DNA of 64,000 bases from Octopus vulgaris (Eukaryota). Under the pieces are notes generated by a model. That model saw nothing but the letters and a program-made list of their open reading frames with translations. It was not told the DNA's origin and did no database searches. Shown here in pieces: positions 23,601 through 38,924 of this stretch (position 1 is its first letter; each line of letters begins with the position of its first letter). The translations under genes and the position numbers were made by a program. The stretch covers positions 58,032,001 through 58,096,000 of the forward strand of contig OX597829.1 of the NCBI GenBank assembly GCA_951406725.2, written 5' to 3'.

Positions 23601-24875
23601 AAAGGCTTCAAGTGATATGTCTCTAAATCTCTGTCCATTCTCAGGATCTTTAAGCTTCCAGACCCTTCTTCTCCATGTTGGTCGTCTTCTAGTCGTCCTC
23701 TTAGTCCTGATCCTAAAGTCACTAACTACCAGTCTATGTTGTGGGGTACATTCTTCGCCTTGGAAGGTTTTGGTGTCTATAAGCAGCCACCTTTCCCTTC
23801 TTCTGGCAAGGATGTAGTCGATTTGGCTAGTATGTCGGCCCGATCGGTAGGTAACTAAGTGGCTGGTAGGTTTCCTGAAGTTAGTGTTGCAAACCATAAG
23901 AGTATTTGCATCGCAGAACTCCAGCAGCCTGGTTCCCTCCTCGTTGCGGGAACCATAACTGTAGCCTCCATGTACGCCATGGAAGCCCCCAGCATGTTGT
24001 TCAACATGCCCATTGAAGTCACCAGCCACAAAGAGAAGGTCCCTGTCATTCATTGATGAGGTTATCAAAAACTGAATATGAAACTTACAGGGTACACCAG
24101 TCCACAGGGAATTTAAATCCCAGAGCCTAAGTCAGTGAGGGACCTGGGTATCGACATGAGTGATGATACCTCTTTCCAAGTGCACATTACCAGGATGGCG
24201 ACAAAGTGCAGACGACTGGCTGGGTGGATCCTGAGAACATTCAGAACCAGAGATAAGGAAACCATGATGGTCCTCTGGCTGACATTCATCCTCAGCCGCC
24301 TGGATTACTGCTCACAGCTATGGTCACCAACTAGTGTGAGATTAACAGCGGACCTTGAAGCAATCCAGAGAAGATTCACAAAGAAGATCGTCTCTTTGCA
24401 ACAGCTCAGCTACTGGGAATGGTTGAAACAGCTAAGACTCTACTCCCTGGAGAGAAGACGGGAGAGGTATGCAGTAATATATGTCTGGAAGATCCTGGAA
24501 GGAATTGTGCCAAATTTTAGCATTGAAAGCTACACCAATGCCAGAACGGGACGACACTGCATAGTGCCAAAGATCCCAGCAATGCCATCACGCTTCAGGA
24601 CCAGTTACTGCAACAGCCTGGGTTTCAAAGGCCCACAGCTTTTTAATATTCTCCCAAAGAGTCTGAGGAATTTGCACTAAGTAGATGTAGTGGTTTTTAA
24701 ATCAAAGCTGGACCACTTCCTGTCTAGAGTCCCAGATGAACCTACCTCACGGCAAGAGGTGCAAATGAGAGTAGCTATATCAAAATCCATTCTTCACCAA
24801 TTGTCACATATTAGAGGAGGCTCTTAGTAATAACAGTGTAGCAAAACAGCGGTGCATCAGCATTGCCGAAGCTAC
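20667..24875 (+). mobile_element. CR1-group LINE 3' fragment, interrupted at 20950-24062 by an RTE
   Basis: Left part SGVPQGTVL..YADGTK..WAEDNNMQFN..CYQY continues after the insert as QKLN..VRDLGIDMSDD..GWILRTF..LDYCSQLWSP..LYSLERRRERY. Colinear with the uninterrupted copy at 38925-40030. Confidence 0.88.
20950..24062 (-). mobile_element. RTE-clade LINE, 5'-truncated (APE C-terminal part, RT, C-terminal domain), TSD TATCA
   Basis: ORF 22956-24068 has GDFNGHV..SQIDYIL..QHRLVV. ORF 21411-22817 has QFGF..STTDAIF..DLEKAFD..GVHQGS..LLYADD..GRGRPRKTW. A (GAT)n tail is present. TATCA occurs at 20945-20949 and 24063-24067. Confidence 0.95.
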
Positions 24876-25884
24876 ATCGCTTCAGGCGCAGGAAGCTGTG
24901 TGGTAAGTAGCTTGCTTATGAACCACATGGTTCTGGGTTCAGTCCCACTGCGTGGCACCTTGGGCAAGTGTCTTCAACAATAGCCTCGGACCGACCAAAG
25001 CTTTGTGAGTGGATTTGGTAGATGGAAACTGAAAGAAGCCCATCATGTATATATATATATATATATGTATATATACGTATGTGTGTGTATATGTTTGTGC
25101 GTCTGTGTTTGTCCCCCCCAACATCACTTGACAACTGATGCTGGTGTGTTTACGTCCCCGTAACTTAGCGGTTCGGCAAAAGAGACCGATAGAATAAGTA
25201 CTAGGCTTTCAAAAATAAGTCCTGGGGTCGATTTGCTTGACGAAAAGCGGTGCTCCAGCACAGCCACAGTCACATGACTGAAACAAGTAAAAGAGAGGGT
25301 TTTCATCATCATCATTTAGCGTCCACTTTCCATGCTAGCATGGGTTGGACGGTTCAACTGGGGTCTGGGAAGCCAGAATGCTGCACCAGGCCCAGTCTGA
25401 TCTGGCAATGTTTCTACGGCTAGATGCCCTTCCTAACGCCAACCACTCCGTGAGTGTAGTGGATGCTTTTTACGTGTCAGACGGGGCTGGCAAACGGCCA
25501 CGGTCGGATGGTACCTTTTACGTGCCACTGGCACGGGGGCCAGGCGAGGCTGGCAACGGCCACGACTGGATAGTGCTTTTTATGTGCCACCAGCACGGAG
25601 GCCAGTCGGGCAGTGCTGGCAATGGCCACGATCAGATGGTTCGCTTACATGCCACCGGTACTGGTATCACAGCTGCAATTTCCATTGATGTTGATCGACT
25701 TCGATTTTGGTTCTGATTTCCACTTGCCTCAACAGGTCTTCACAAGTGGAATAATTATTAATTACGTGAATTTTTACTACCAGCTTATCCTAAACAAATT
25801 AATTAATCTACACAAACGCATATATATATATGTATATAACATCATGTATTTATAACATACACATCTAAAACACACACGCAACGC

Positions 25885-25918
<34 letters not shown>

Positions 25919-26373
25919 TATATATATGCTTTATTATTTTTATAATGTGATTTAACGTATTACATATAATTGAATTTGAGAATTAGTTTTGTAAGACAAT
26001 ATATTATTTAATAGTTAGGTGGTCTATTTATTACGTAGCATTACATTTAAGTATATAAGTTTTATATTAATTGATATTTTGGTCAACTATATTGAGTAAA
26101 ACATTAAATCTACAGATACTACATATATATTAATTATATAGTTAGGTTATCTAATAGGTGTGTATATATTTGAACCTTTTCCTATTTTTAATTCCAATAT
26201 CTATAGCTTGTACTAACATTATGTATATTACTTAACATTAAGGTTTTTAATATAAATTACTTAATGAGTATAAGATTTTATTTAGATGTTTATTAAATAA
26301 ATTAATTAATAATTTAATTTAATGTATATAGTTTAAATTATAGCATTTAGTTTTCACTTAATGTATATTTTGT

Positions 26374-29255
26374 ATCATCATCATCGTTTAACGTCCGCTC
26401 TCCATGCTAGCATGGGTTGGACGGTTCAACTGGGGTCTGGGAAGCCCGAAGGCTGCACCAGGCCCAGTCTGATCTGACAATGTTTCTACAGCTGGATGCC
26501 CTTGCTAACGCCAACCACTCCGTGAGTGTAGTGGGTGCTTTTTATGTGCCACCGACATGGAGGCCAGGCGAGGCTGGCAACGGCCACAATTGGATGGTGT
26601 TTGTTATGTGCCACCGGCACGGAGGCCAGTTGATGCAGCGCTGGCTACGGCTACGTTCGGATGACTCTCTTACGTGCCACCGGCACTGGTATCACAGCTA
26701 CAATTTCCATTGATGTTGATTGATTTTGATTCTGATTCTCACTTGCCTCAACAGGTCTTCACAAGTAGAGTTTTGTGTCCCAAGAAGGAAAGGTATGCAT
26801 AAGTTGACTGCCTACATCCCAGGTAGAGGCCATGGGTTATGGTCTCACTTTTCCTGCCGGGTCTTCTCACGCACAGCATACTTCCAAAGGTCTTGGTCTC
26901 TAGTCATTTCCTCGGTGAGACCTAAAGTTCGAAGGTCGTGCTTCACCACCTCGTCCCAGGTTTTCCTGGGTCTTCCTCTTCCACAGGTTCCCTCAACTGC
27001 TAGGGTGTGGCACTTTTTCACACAACTATCTTCATCCATTCTTACCATGTGTCCATACCAGCACAGCCGTCTCTCTTGCACACCACATCTGATGCTTCTT
27101 AGGTCCAACTTTTCTCTCAAGGTACTTACACTCTGTCGGGTATGAACACTGACATTACACATCCATTGGAGCATACTGGCTTCATTTCTTGCGAGCTTAC
27201 GCATATCCTCAGCAGTCACGGCCCATGTTTCATAGCCATGTAGCATGGCTGTTCGTACACATGCGTCATACAGTCTGCCTTTTATTCTGAGCGAGAGGCC
27301 TTTTGTCACCAGCAGAGGTAAGAGCTCTCTGAACTTTGCCCAGGCTATTCTTACTCTAGCAGTTACACTTTCAGCACACCCGCCCCTGCTGCTGACCTGA
27401 TCACCTAGGTAACGGAAACTATCAACTATTTCTAGTTTTTCTCCCTGGGATGTGGCTGAAGATGGTCTCTGCACATTTTCAGTGTTTATTGCTCCTGATC
27501 ATCTGTCACATACAAAAACTATCTTCCTAGTTAGCCTTCGTTTGACATTGCTGCATCTCTTATGTGTCCATAGCTTACACTTGGTGCATCTTATAGAGTT
27601 TCTACCTACGCCTTTTCTACGTATCGAGCAGGGCCATCTACCCGAAGGCGTATGTGATTTGTCTACCTTCCTACTTATTAGGGCTTTGGTTTTAGCTAGG
27701 TTGACTCTAAGGCCCTTCGATTCTAATCCTTGCTTCCATACCTGAAACTTCTCCTCCAGTTCTGATAGTGACTCAGCAATTAGAGCTAGGTCATCAGCAT
27801 AGAGGAGCTCCCAGGGGCATCCTGTCTTGAATTCCTCTGTTATTGTCTGGAGGACTATGATAAATAGGAGGGAGCCGAGTACTGAGCCTTGGTGGACCCC
27901 AACCTCTGCCCGGAATTCTTCACTGTACTCGTTGCCAACCCTCACCTTACTAACAGCGTCTCTGTACATGGCTCGCACAGCTCTCACTAACCATTCATCT
28001 ATCCCTAGTTTCCTCATTGACCACCAGATAAGGGATTGAGGGACCCTGTCAAAGGCTTTCTCCAAGTCAAAGAAAGCCAAGTACAGAGGTTTATCTTTGG
28101 CTAGGTATTGCTCCTGCAGCTGTCTCACCAGAAATATGGCATCGGTGGTGCTTTTCCCTGGCACGAAACCGAACTGCATCTTGTCCAAGTTGACTCTCTC
28201 CCCAATCAGTTGGGCTATGACCCTTTCTGTAACCTTCATTACCTCATCCAACAGCTTGATACCTCTGTAATTATTTGTATCTAGGGCGTCACTTTTACCT
28301 TTGTAGTAGTTGACTATTATGCTACTACACCAGTCATTGGGTATGACTCCTTCGTGTATCACCTTGTTAACTATACGGGTGACTGGGCTATATCCGACAC
28401 TGCCAGATATTCTGAGCATCTCTGCAGTGATACCTGATGGGCCTGGGGCTTTCCCTGTCTTCATGTTTCTAATTGCCTTAGTTACCAAAAAACTGTCAAC
28501 TCAGATAGCTGGTCCCACTTTTGGGTCGACAAATGGCAGGCTCTCTTTATATCATTCATTTTCTTTGTTGAGCAACCTTTCATAGTGGCATCTCCAAACC
28601 TCTCTCTTTGCATCCTCATTCAGCACAAGTGAACCATCATCCATGCGAATACATTTCTCTCCTACCACATCACGATTCTCTCTCACACACTGTCTTGCAG
28701 CACGAAATACTTCAAGTCTTTGGTCCTCACGGCGCAGAACATTGGCAAATTTTTTTTTATGTGCTTCCCCTCTGACTAAATAAACCTGTCTCCTAGCTTC
28801 TCTTTTCATAATCTGATACAATTCCCTACTACTGTCATTCTTCCAGTCGTTCCAAGCCTGTCTCTTGTCTCTAATAGCCCTGATTACAACATTGTTCCAC
28901 CACCACGTTACCCTGGGACGAGATCGGACTTTGCTCCATCCACAGATCTGGTCAGTGGCTCTCAGCAGATTGTCCCGTAGAAACCTCCAGTTGTCTTCCA
29001 CATTATATGAAGCTATATCCCCTTCTATTTCGTCGAAGGCTTTGAGTAGGACGTCTCTAAATCTCCGTCCATTTGCAGGATCTTTAAGCTTCCAGACCCT
29101 TGTCCTCTGAGCTGGTCTTCTTCTGGGCAGCCATTTGGCCTTGATCCTGAAGTCGCTATGTTGTGGTGTACATTCTTCTCCTGGGAAGGTTTTGACATTT
29201 ATAAGCAGCCCTCTTTCCCTCTTTCTGGTGAGGATGTAGTCAATCTGGCTAGTGC
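26374..29255 (-). mobile_element. Second RTE-clade LINE copy, 5'-truncated and disrupted
   Basis: ORFs 26845-27474, 27499-28488 and 28552-29001 are colinear with the first copy and end in the same 3' UTR and (GAT)n tail. Confidence 0.95.
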
Positions 29256-29399
29256 TTATATATATATATGTTTTAAATATTTTAATCGTATCTTATTTTT
29301 TAAACAAGAATATATTTAAGATATTTTGTATTTTACAAAATTATTTACATATATTTATTAATTTATCTAATTAATAATTTTATTATTGTTGTTATCTTT

Positions 29400-29501
29400 A
29401 ACCTGAAGAGTGGCTATAACTATATTGAAGTGACTTTACTACTACTACTATTATTTTTACTATTATCATTTCTTAAATATAGCCACAAAACACGTGTTGT
29501 T
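29400..29501 (+). ncRNA. Type I hammerhead-like motif with long loop II, G12 changed to A
   Basis: AAC-CTGAAGA-GTGGCTATA...TATAGCCAC-AAAA-CACGTG-TT-GTT: 9-bp helix II and palindromic CACGTG. CAAAA in place of CGAAA fits CpG decay. Confidence 0.55.
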
Positions 29502-29779
29502 CTACCAAATTTATACGTTTTATTTATGTATTATTTTGCACATTACTTGATCATTGTTATATGTTTTATCTTATATTTAATCTTTTTATAATATGTAATT
29601 TTTCTAAATGGTATAATTTAGTTTTTCAGTATTGAATTGATAAAAGGTGTTTTTTTTCTAATTTATATATATATATTATATTTTGTGAATTTGATTTAGT
29701 ATTTCTAAATTGAATTTTTCCCTGTATGTTTGGAATAATATTCCCTCATGTTATATATATATATAAATATATATTATAT

Positions 29780-29925
29780 AGAGGGCATCATTACACATAA
29801 ATACCACACGCTAGGAGGGACTCTTAAAGTCAAAACTACTAAAATAAACATACACATCGTACCGAAACCAACTCTCGAAGCAAGTCATTTATAAGCGTTG
29901 CATTTATGTGTAATAATGCACCCTA
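29780..29925. mobile_element. ~145-bp MITE with ~22-bp terminal inverted repeats in TA context (Tc1/mariner-like)
   Basis: GGGCATCATTACACATAAAT ... ATTTATGTGTAATAATGCACCC, flanked by TA. Confidence 0.55.
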
Positions 29926-30435
29926 TATCATCATCGTTTAACGTCCGTTCTCCATGCTAGCATGGGTTTGATGGTTCGACCGGGGATCTGGGAAGCCTGA
30001 ATGCTGCACTAGGCTCCGGTCTTATCTGGCAATGTTTCTACAGCTGGATGCCCTTCCTAACGCCAACCACTCCATGAGTGTAGTGGGTGCTTTTTACGTG
30101 CCATCTGCACTGGTGCCAGGTGAGGCTGGCATCGGCCACGGTCGGATTGGTGCATTTTACGTGCCACCTGCACGGAAGCCAGTCGAGGGTTTAATAAATA
30201 TTAATAAATATATTTAAGTGAAAAATAAATATTAATAAATATATTTAAGTGAAAAAAAAATCGATGGTTTTTTTTCTCTTATGAGGTTTTTCACGCTAAC
30301 TACTTGATAAGTTCTTATGAAGATTTTATCCTATTTTTAAATTGCATGTGTGTGTGTATATATATATATAACGTGGGTGATAATCGTATGTCATCTTCTA
30401 ACATATTGGTTATCCCTAAATATACGCATATATAC

Positions 30436-30467
<32 letters not shown>

Positions 30468-30599
30468 TTCAATAATCAAGTCAAATCGAACAGTGATATT
30501 TTGAAATTATTTATACATATATATATATATATATATATATAATAATAAATATTAGGAATAAATCCATATCAGATTTAGGATTAAATCCATTTTATATAA

Positions 30600-30862
30600 A
30601 ATATAAAATATATTAGAGACAAAACCACTATAAAACAAACAAGAAGACTTAATCAATACATAAAATTTTAATAAAACACATTTTTGTCTTGACGAAATTC
30701 GTGGACTTCCAATATATCAGTTTCAAATTATGAAACTGATATATTGAAGTCCACTGAAGATTGTCGATCAAGACAAGAATTGTAGTGCGGTTTTTTTGAC
30801 TATTATTAAAATTTTATGTATTGATTAGTCTTTCCTTTTAAAAAGTGGTTTTGTCTCTAATA

Positions 30863-30872
<10 letters not shown>
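30600..30872. repeat. Fold-back inverted repeat between (TA)n tracts
   Basis: ATATTAGAGACAAAACCAC / GTGGTTTTGTCTCTAATA; AATCAATACATAAAATTTTAATAA / TTATTAAAATTTTATGTATTGATT; centre ATATATCAGTTTCA(aatta)TGAAACTGATATAT. Confidence 0.85.
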
Positions 30873-30914
<42 letters not shown>

Positions 30915-31205
30915 TAAACATAATCAAATAGGGTAATAAAATAAATTATTATTACCAGTGGCCTAGTACAAAAGACGAATTAGTCATTAGACTATATATT
31001 TTTCGTATAGAAATATAACGCGCAAAAACACATTTATTTCCTTTTCTCTTAAGTTTGGTTCCAAACCACATGGTTCCTGGTTCAATCCCACTGTGTGGCA
31101 CCTCAAAATTATTTAATGTGTGTAAAGATTTATGTAACATATATAATAGGAAATATACCCATTACATAAGACCAGTTAAAACATATACATATATATGTGT
31201 ATATG

Positions 31206-31254
<49 letters not shown>

Positions 31255-31654
31255 ATATATTTATATAGTGTCTGTGGTAAGTAGCTTGCTTACCAACCAC
31301 ATGGTTCCAGGTTCAGTCTCACTGCGTGGCACCTTGGGCAAGTGTCTTCTGCTATAGCCTCGGGCCGACCAATGCCTTGTGAGTGGATTTGGTAGATGGA
31401 AACTGAAAGAAGCCTGTCGTATATATGTATAAATATATATATATGTTTGTGTGTGTGTGTGTTTGTCCCCCTAGCATTGTTTGACAACCGATGCTGGTGT
31501 GTTTACGTCCCCGTCACTTAGTGGTTCGGCAAAAGAGACCGATAGAATAAATACTGGGCTTACAAAGAATAAGTCCCGGGGTAGATTTGCTCAACTAAAG
31601 GCGGTGCTCCAGCATGGCCGCAGTCAAATGACTGAAACAAGTAAAAAAGATGTG

Positions 31655-31704
<50 letters not shown>

Positions 31705-31744
31705 GATACATATATATATATATATACATTTAGTTTCAGCTCAC

Positions 31745-32260
31745 GAGCTGTGGCCATGCTGGGACATCGTCATTTGGTATTGCTACATAATTTTACTTCA
31801 CGAATACTTTTTCAGAATTAACGTTTAGTTCGTGAGTGAGTTTGATGTAGCTGCCCTCATCTGCACCTCCCGCCACGAAGTTGGTTTATCTGGGCCACTC
31901 GACAGGTCCAGCTTTATCTTGACGATCACTACATTCACACCCATGCAAGTCTCTCAGGCCCTTCGGGAGGATATTGAAAAGCTGCGGCACTCCGAAGCCC
32001 AGGCTATCGCAGTATCCCGTCCTACAGTATTTTGAAGATCTCTATATCCACCCCAGGTCCTTCGGGGCGGGGGGCATTGAAAAGCTGTGGCCCTCACATT
32101 ATTATGACGACACCTACATGCACCCCATGCAGGTCTCTCAGGTTCTTTCGGCAGGATATTGAAAAGTTGTAGCCCTCTAAAGCCCAGGCTATCGCAGTAT
32201 CTCGTCCTACATCTTGATGGCAAATTTGATCTCCTTCCCACTATGCAGTGGCGCCCAGTT
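31745..32260 (-). mobile_element. CR1-group 3' end with internal tandem re-duplications
   Basis: It encodes RTRYCDSLGFRGLQLFNILPK, homologous to 24595-24660. The ATTGAAAAGCTG block occurs three times. Confidence 0.75.
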
Positions 32261-32789
32261 CTAATATTTGTGTATATATATTATAAATATATTAAAAAAA
32301 AACAAGGTTGTACTGACAACTTTCTCATCGTCCTAGATGTATACGTATCAGAAACCATTTAACATTTTCGAAGTCGTATCCAATTTAACCAAGTTGGGCT
32401 CTTTATAAGAAATATATCGTTTCATTTACAATATCTTTAGTAAAGATTTATCTTCAAAGAGAAATAAAAAGCCATTTAAGATACTTTTATGGATAGGCCA
32501 GAATATGAAGATAGGTTAATTCTTCTCTCACTCTCACGAACCTTTCCTAAACGGAATGATGCACGAAAGCTATTTTCAAATAAAATATATTTAATATATC
32601 TTTTTGTGTTTAAATCAATAATTACTTAAATTAATTTAGCTTTTATTTATAAGTATATTTCTTAATTGAGTTTTTGTACGAGAGAGGAAAACGAAGTGGG
32701 CATTGCTTCGCTTTTACTCGACATAATTAAAACGTTTGACTTCGGGTATTTCCGTGGCTTGTGGAATATAGATATAACGAAATTATCGT

Positions 32790-33510
32790 CTTCCGTGATA
32801 TGTGTTTGTGTGTGAATTTTATAGACATGTGTATATGTGTATATATATGCTGCTGTGCGCGCGCGTGTACACGTGTGTGTGTGTTTGTGTGTATTTACAG
32901 ACGTGTGTATATGTATGTGTGTGTGTGTGTATGCTGGTGTGCGCGCGCGCGTATATAGGCATGCGTATGTACACGTATGTGTGTGTGTGTGTGTTTATGT
33001 TTTTATAGTTTTGTGTGTATTTACAGACGTGTGTGTGTGTATGCTGGTGGCCACACGTGTGTACACGTATGTGTGTATGTATATGCTTGTGTGTGCGTGC
33101 ATGTACACGTATAAGTGTGTGTGTATATGCAGGTGAACACGTATGTGTCTGTTTGTGTGTATTTACAGACGTGTGTGTGTGTATGCTGGTGCGTGCGTGC
33201 GAGTGTACACGTATGTGTGTGTGTTTATGTCTGTGTGTATGCTGGTGGGTGTATGTGCACGCGTGTGTACACCTATGTGTGTGTGTGTTTATGTTATATG
33301 TTGTGTGTATTTACAGACGTGTATATATGTGTGTGTGTATGCATATGGGTGTTTGTGTATTTATATATGTGTGTGTGCAGGTATGTCTGTTTGGATGTGT
33401 GTGTGTGTGGGGGGGTTTAATTGTGTATGTATATATATGTGTATATATGTAATGGACATGTACATATAGGTATGTATGTTAGTATACATATATGTATGTA
33501 TATATATATA
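32790..33510. repeat. (TG/CG/TA) low-complexity minisatellite with recurrent GTATTTACAGACGTG
   Basis: Directly visible. Confidence 0.9.
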
Positions 33511-33690
33511 TAGGTATATAGGGCAAAAGAATTGACAATTATTGTCTTTTTTCCGGCATATTTGACATTAGAATTTTTCTTTTGCCCTTATCTTGTAAAT
33601 TATTTATAAATTTAACCTTTAAAGGTATTTTTTGATATGCTGGCCATTGATAAAATTTTTTCCCGAAAAAATTTTTATCCTACATTAGTT

Positions 33691-33826
33691 GTATATATAT
33701 ATATATATGTATATAGGTATGTATGTATGTATGTATGTATGTATGTATGTATGTATGTATGTATGTATCTATGTATGTATGTATCTATGTATGTATGTAT
33801 CTATGTATGTATGTATATAATGTATG

Positions 33827-33860
<34 letters not shown>

Positions 33861-34093
33861 TATATATATGTATGTATGTATGTATATATATATGTATGTA
33901 TATATATATGTATGTATGTATATATATATGTATGTATATATATATGTATGTATGTATGTATATATATATGTATATGTATGTATGTATATATGTATATGTA
34001 TGTATATGTATGTATGTATATATATATATGTATATGTATGTATGTATGTATATATGTATATATATATATGTATGTATATATATATATGTATGT

Positions 34094-34141
<48 letters not shown>

Positions 34142-34528
34142 GTATATATATGTATGTATGTATATATATATATATGTATGTATATGTATGTATATATATA
34201 TGTATGTATATGTATGTATGTATATATATATATGTATGTATATGTATGTATGTATGTATATATATATATGTATGTATATGTATGTATGTATATATATATA
34301 TGTATGTATATGTATGTATGTATATATATATATGTATGTATATGTATGTGTATATATATATGTATATGTATGTATATGTATGTATGTGTATATATATATG
34401 TATATGTATGTATATATATGTATGTATGTATATATATGTATGTATGTATGTATGTATATATGTATGTATGTATGTATATATATATGTATGTATATGTATG
34501 TATATATATATGTATGTATATATATATG

Positions 34529-34594
<66 letters not shown>

Positions 34595-34696
34595 TATGTA
34601 TGTATATATATATATGTATGTATGTATATATATATATGTATGTATGTATATGTATGTATGTATATATATATATGTATGTATGTATATATATGTATG

Positions 34697-34749
<53 letters not shown>

Positions 34750-35022
34750 GTATGTATATATATATATGTATATATATATATGTATATATATATATGTATA
34801 TATATGTATGTATATATATATATGTATGTATATATATATATATGTATATATATATATGTATATATATATATAGTATATATATATATGTATATATATATAT
34901 AGTATGTATATATATATATATGTATATATATATATGTATGTATATATATATATGTATGTATATATATATATGTATGTATATATATATGTATGTATGTATG
35001 TATGTATATATATATATGTATG

Positions 35023-35092
<70 letters not shown>

Positions 35093-35256
35093 TATGTATG
35101 TATATATATATATGTATGTATATATATATATGTATGTATATATATATATGTATGTATATATATATATGTATGTATATATATATATGTATGTATATATATA
35201 TATGTATGTATATATATATATGTATGTATGTATGTATGTATATATATATATGTATG

Positions 35257-35292
<36 letters not shown>

Positions 35293-35299
35293 TATATGT

Positions 35300-35388
<89 letters not shown>

Positions 35389-35500
35389 TATATGTATGTA
35401 TATATATATATGTATGTATATATATATATGTATGTATATATATATAGTATATATATATATGTATGTATATATATATATGTATGTATATATATATGTATGT

Positions 35501-35541
<41 letters not shown>

Positions 35542-35759
35542 TATGTATGTATATATATATATGTATGTATATATATATATGTATGTATATATATATATGT
35601 ATGTATATATATATATGTATGTATATATATATATGTATGTATATATATATATGTATGTATATATATATATGTATGTATATATATATATGTATGTATATAT
35701 ATATATGTATGTATATATATATATGTATGTATGTATGTATGTATATATATATATGTATG

Positions 35760-35829
<70 letters not shown>

Positions 35830-35991
35830 TATGTATGTATATATATATATATGTATATATATATATGTATGTATATATATATATGTATGTATATATATAT
35901 ATGTATGTATATATATATATGTATGTATATATATATATGTATGTATATATATATATGTATGTATGTATGTATGTATATATATATATGTATG

Positions 35992-36027
<36 letters not shown>

Positions 36028-36034
36028 TATATGT

Positions 36035-36123
<89 letters not shown>

Positions 36124-36236
36124 TATATGTATGTATATATATATATGTATGTATATATATATATGTATGTATATATATATATGTATATATATATATGTAT
36201 GTATATATATATATGTATGTATATATATATGTATGT

Positions 36237-36277
<41 letters not shown>

Positions 36278-36427
36278 TATGTATGTATATATATATATGT
36301 ATGTATATATATATGTATGTATATATATATATGTATGTATATATATATATGTATGTATATATATATATGTATGTATATATATATATGTATGTATATATAT
36401 ATATGTATGTATATATATATATGTATG

Positions 36428-36458
<31 letters not shown>

Positions 36459-36478
36459 GTATGTATATATATATATAT
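33691..36478. repeat. ~2.8-kb (TA)n/(TATG)n alternating purine-pyrimidine microsatellite
   Basis: Almost only T, A and G on the + strand. Confidence 0.98.
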
Positions 36479-36848
36479 CATCATCATCATCATCGTTTAA
36501 CGTCCGTTCTCCATGCTAGCATGGGTTGGACGGTTCGACCGGGATCTGGGAAGCCAGAAGGCTGCACCAGGCTCCGGTCTTATCTGGCAATGTTTCTACA
36601 GCTGGATGCCCTTCCTAACGCCAACCACTCCGTGTATATGTGTGTGTATATATATATATGTGTGTGTGTATATATATATATGTGTGTATATATATATATG
36701 TGCATATATGTGTGTATATATATGTGTGTGTATATATATATATGAATATATATGTGTATATATATGTGTGTATATATATGTGTATATGTATATGTGTATG
36801 TATGTATGCATATATGTATGTATGCATGTATATGTATGTGTGTATATG

Positions 36849-36881
<33 letters not shown>

Positions 36882-37162
36882 CATCATCGTTTAACATCCG
36901 TTTTCCGCGCTAGCACGGGTTGGACGGTTCGACCGGGGTCTGGGAAGCCAAGGGGCTGCTCCAGGCTCCAGTCTGATCTGGCAGAGTTTCTACGGCTGGA
37001 TGCCCTTCCTAATGCCAACCACTCCGCGAGTGTCGTGGGTGCTTTTTATATGTATGCATATGTATGTATATATATATATATGTATGTACATGTATGTATA
37101 TATATATATATGTATGTACATGTATGTATATATATATATATGTATGTATATGTATGTGTGTG

Positions 37163-37199
<37 letters not shown>

Positions 37200-37207
<8 letters not shown>

Positions 37208-37320
37208 GTTGTATACTGTCAATCTAACAAGAACGTGACAGTAGAGGGTACACCACCGTTGTATAGCCCTAGGAGGCATCGAACGCCTCCTGACAGCTTC
37301 GACACATTTTTTTCCTGTGT

Positions 37321-37356
<36 letters not shown>

Positions 37357-37535
37357 GAAGGGGCAGTTCCGGCGGTTGGGGGTGTTTGTCTCCCCTTCGT
37401 ATATGTATATAAGGACACAGGGAAAAAATGTGTCGAAGCTGTCAGGAGGCGTTCGATGCCTCCTAGGGCTATACAACGGTGGTGTACCCCCTTCTGTCAC
37501 GTTCTTGTTAGATTGACAGTATACAACCATTCTAT
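37200..37535. repeat. Near-perfect fold-back inverted repeat, ~140-160-bp arms, ~28-nt loop
   Basis: TAGAATGGTTGTATACTGTCAATCTAACAAGAACGTGACAG...TACGAAGGGG is mirrored by CCCCTTCGTA...CTGTCACGTTCTTGTTAGATTGACAGTATACAACCATTCTA. Confidence 0.95.
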
Positions 37536-37687
37536 CGCCCCACCACCGTACATGTCTCTACGAGAGATTTAGAAATTCAATATTTCTTATATATATATAT
37601 ATATATGTATATATATACATTATTTAAAAGCAGCAGAAATATACCAAAAGCTGTTACTCAGTTTCACGTTCCCTTTGTCGCAGATTT

Positions 37688-38895
<1,208 letters not shown>

Positions 38896-38924
38896 TAAAT
38901 TTATCTAAATAAGGATAAGATCGT

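Noticed and set aside
30750-30790. CTGAAGA-TTGTC..GACAA-GAAT hammerhead-like motif
   Set aside because: The GAAA box is incomplete and there is no convincing helix I.
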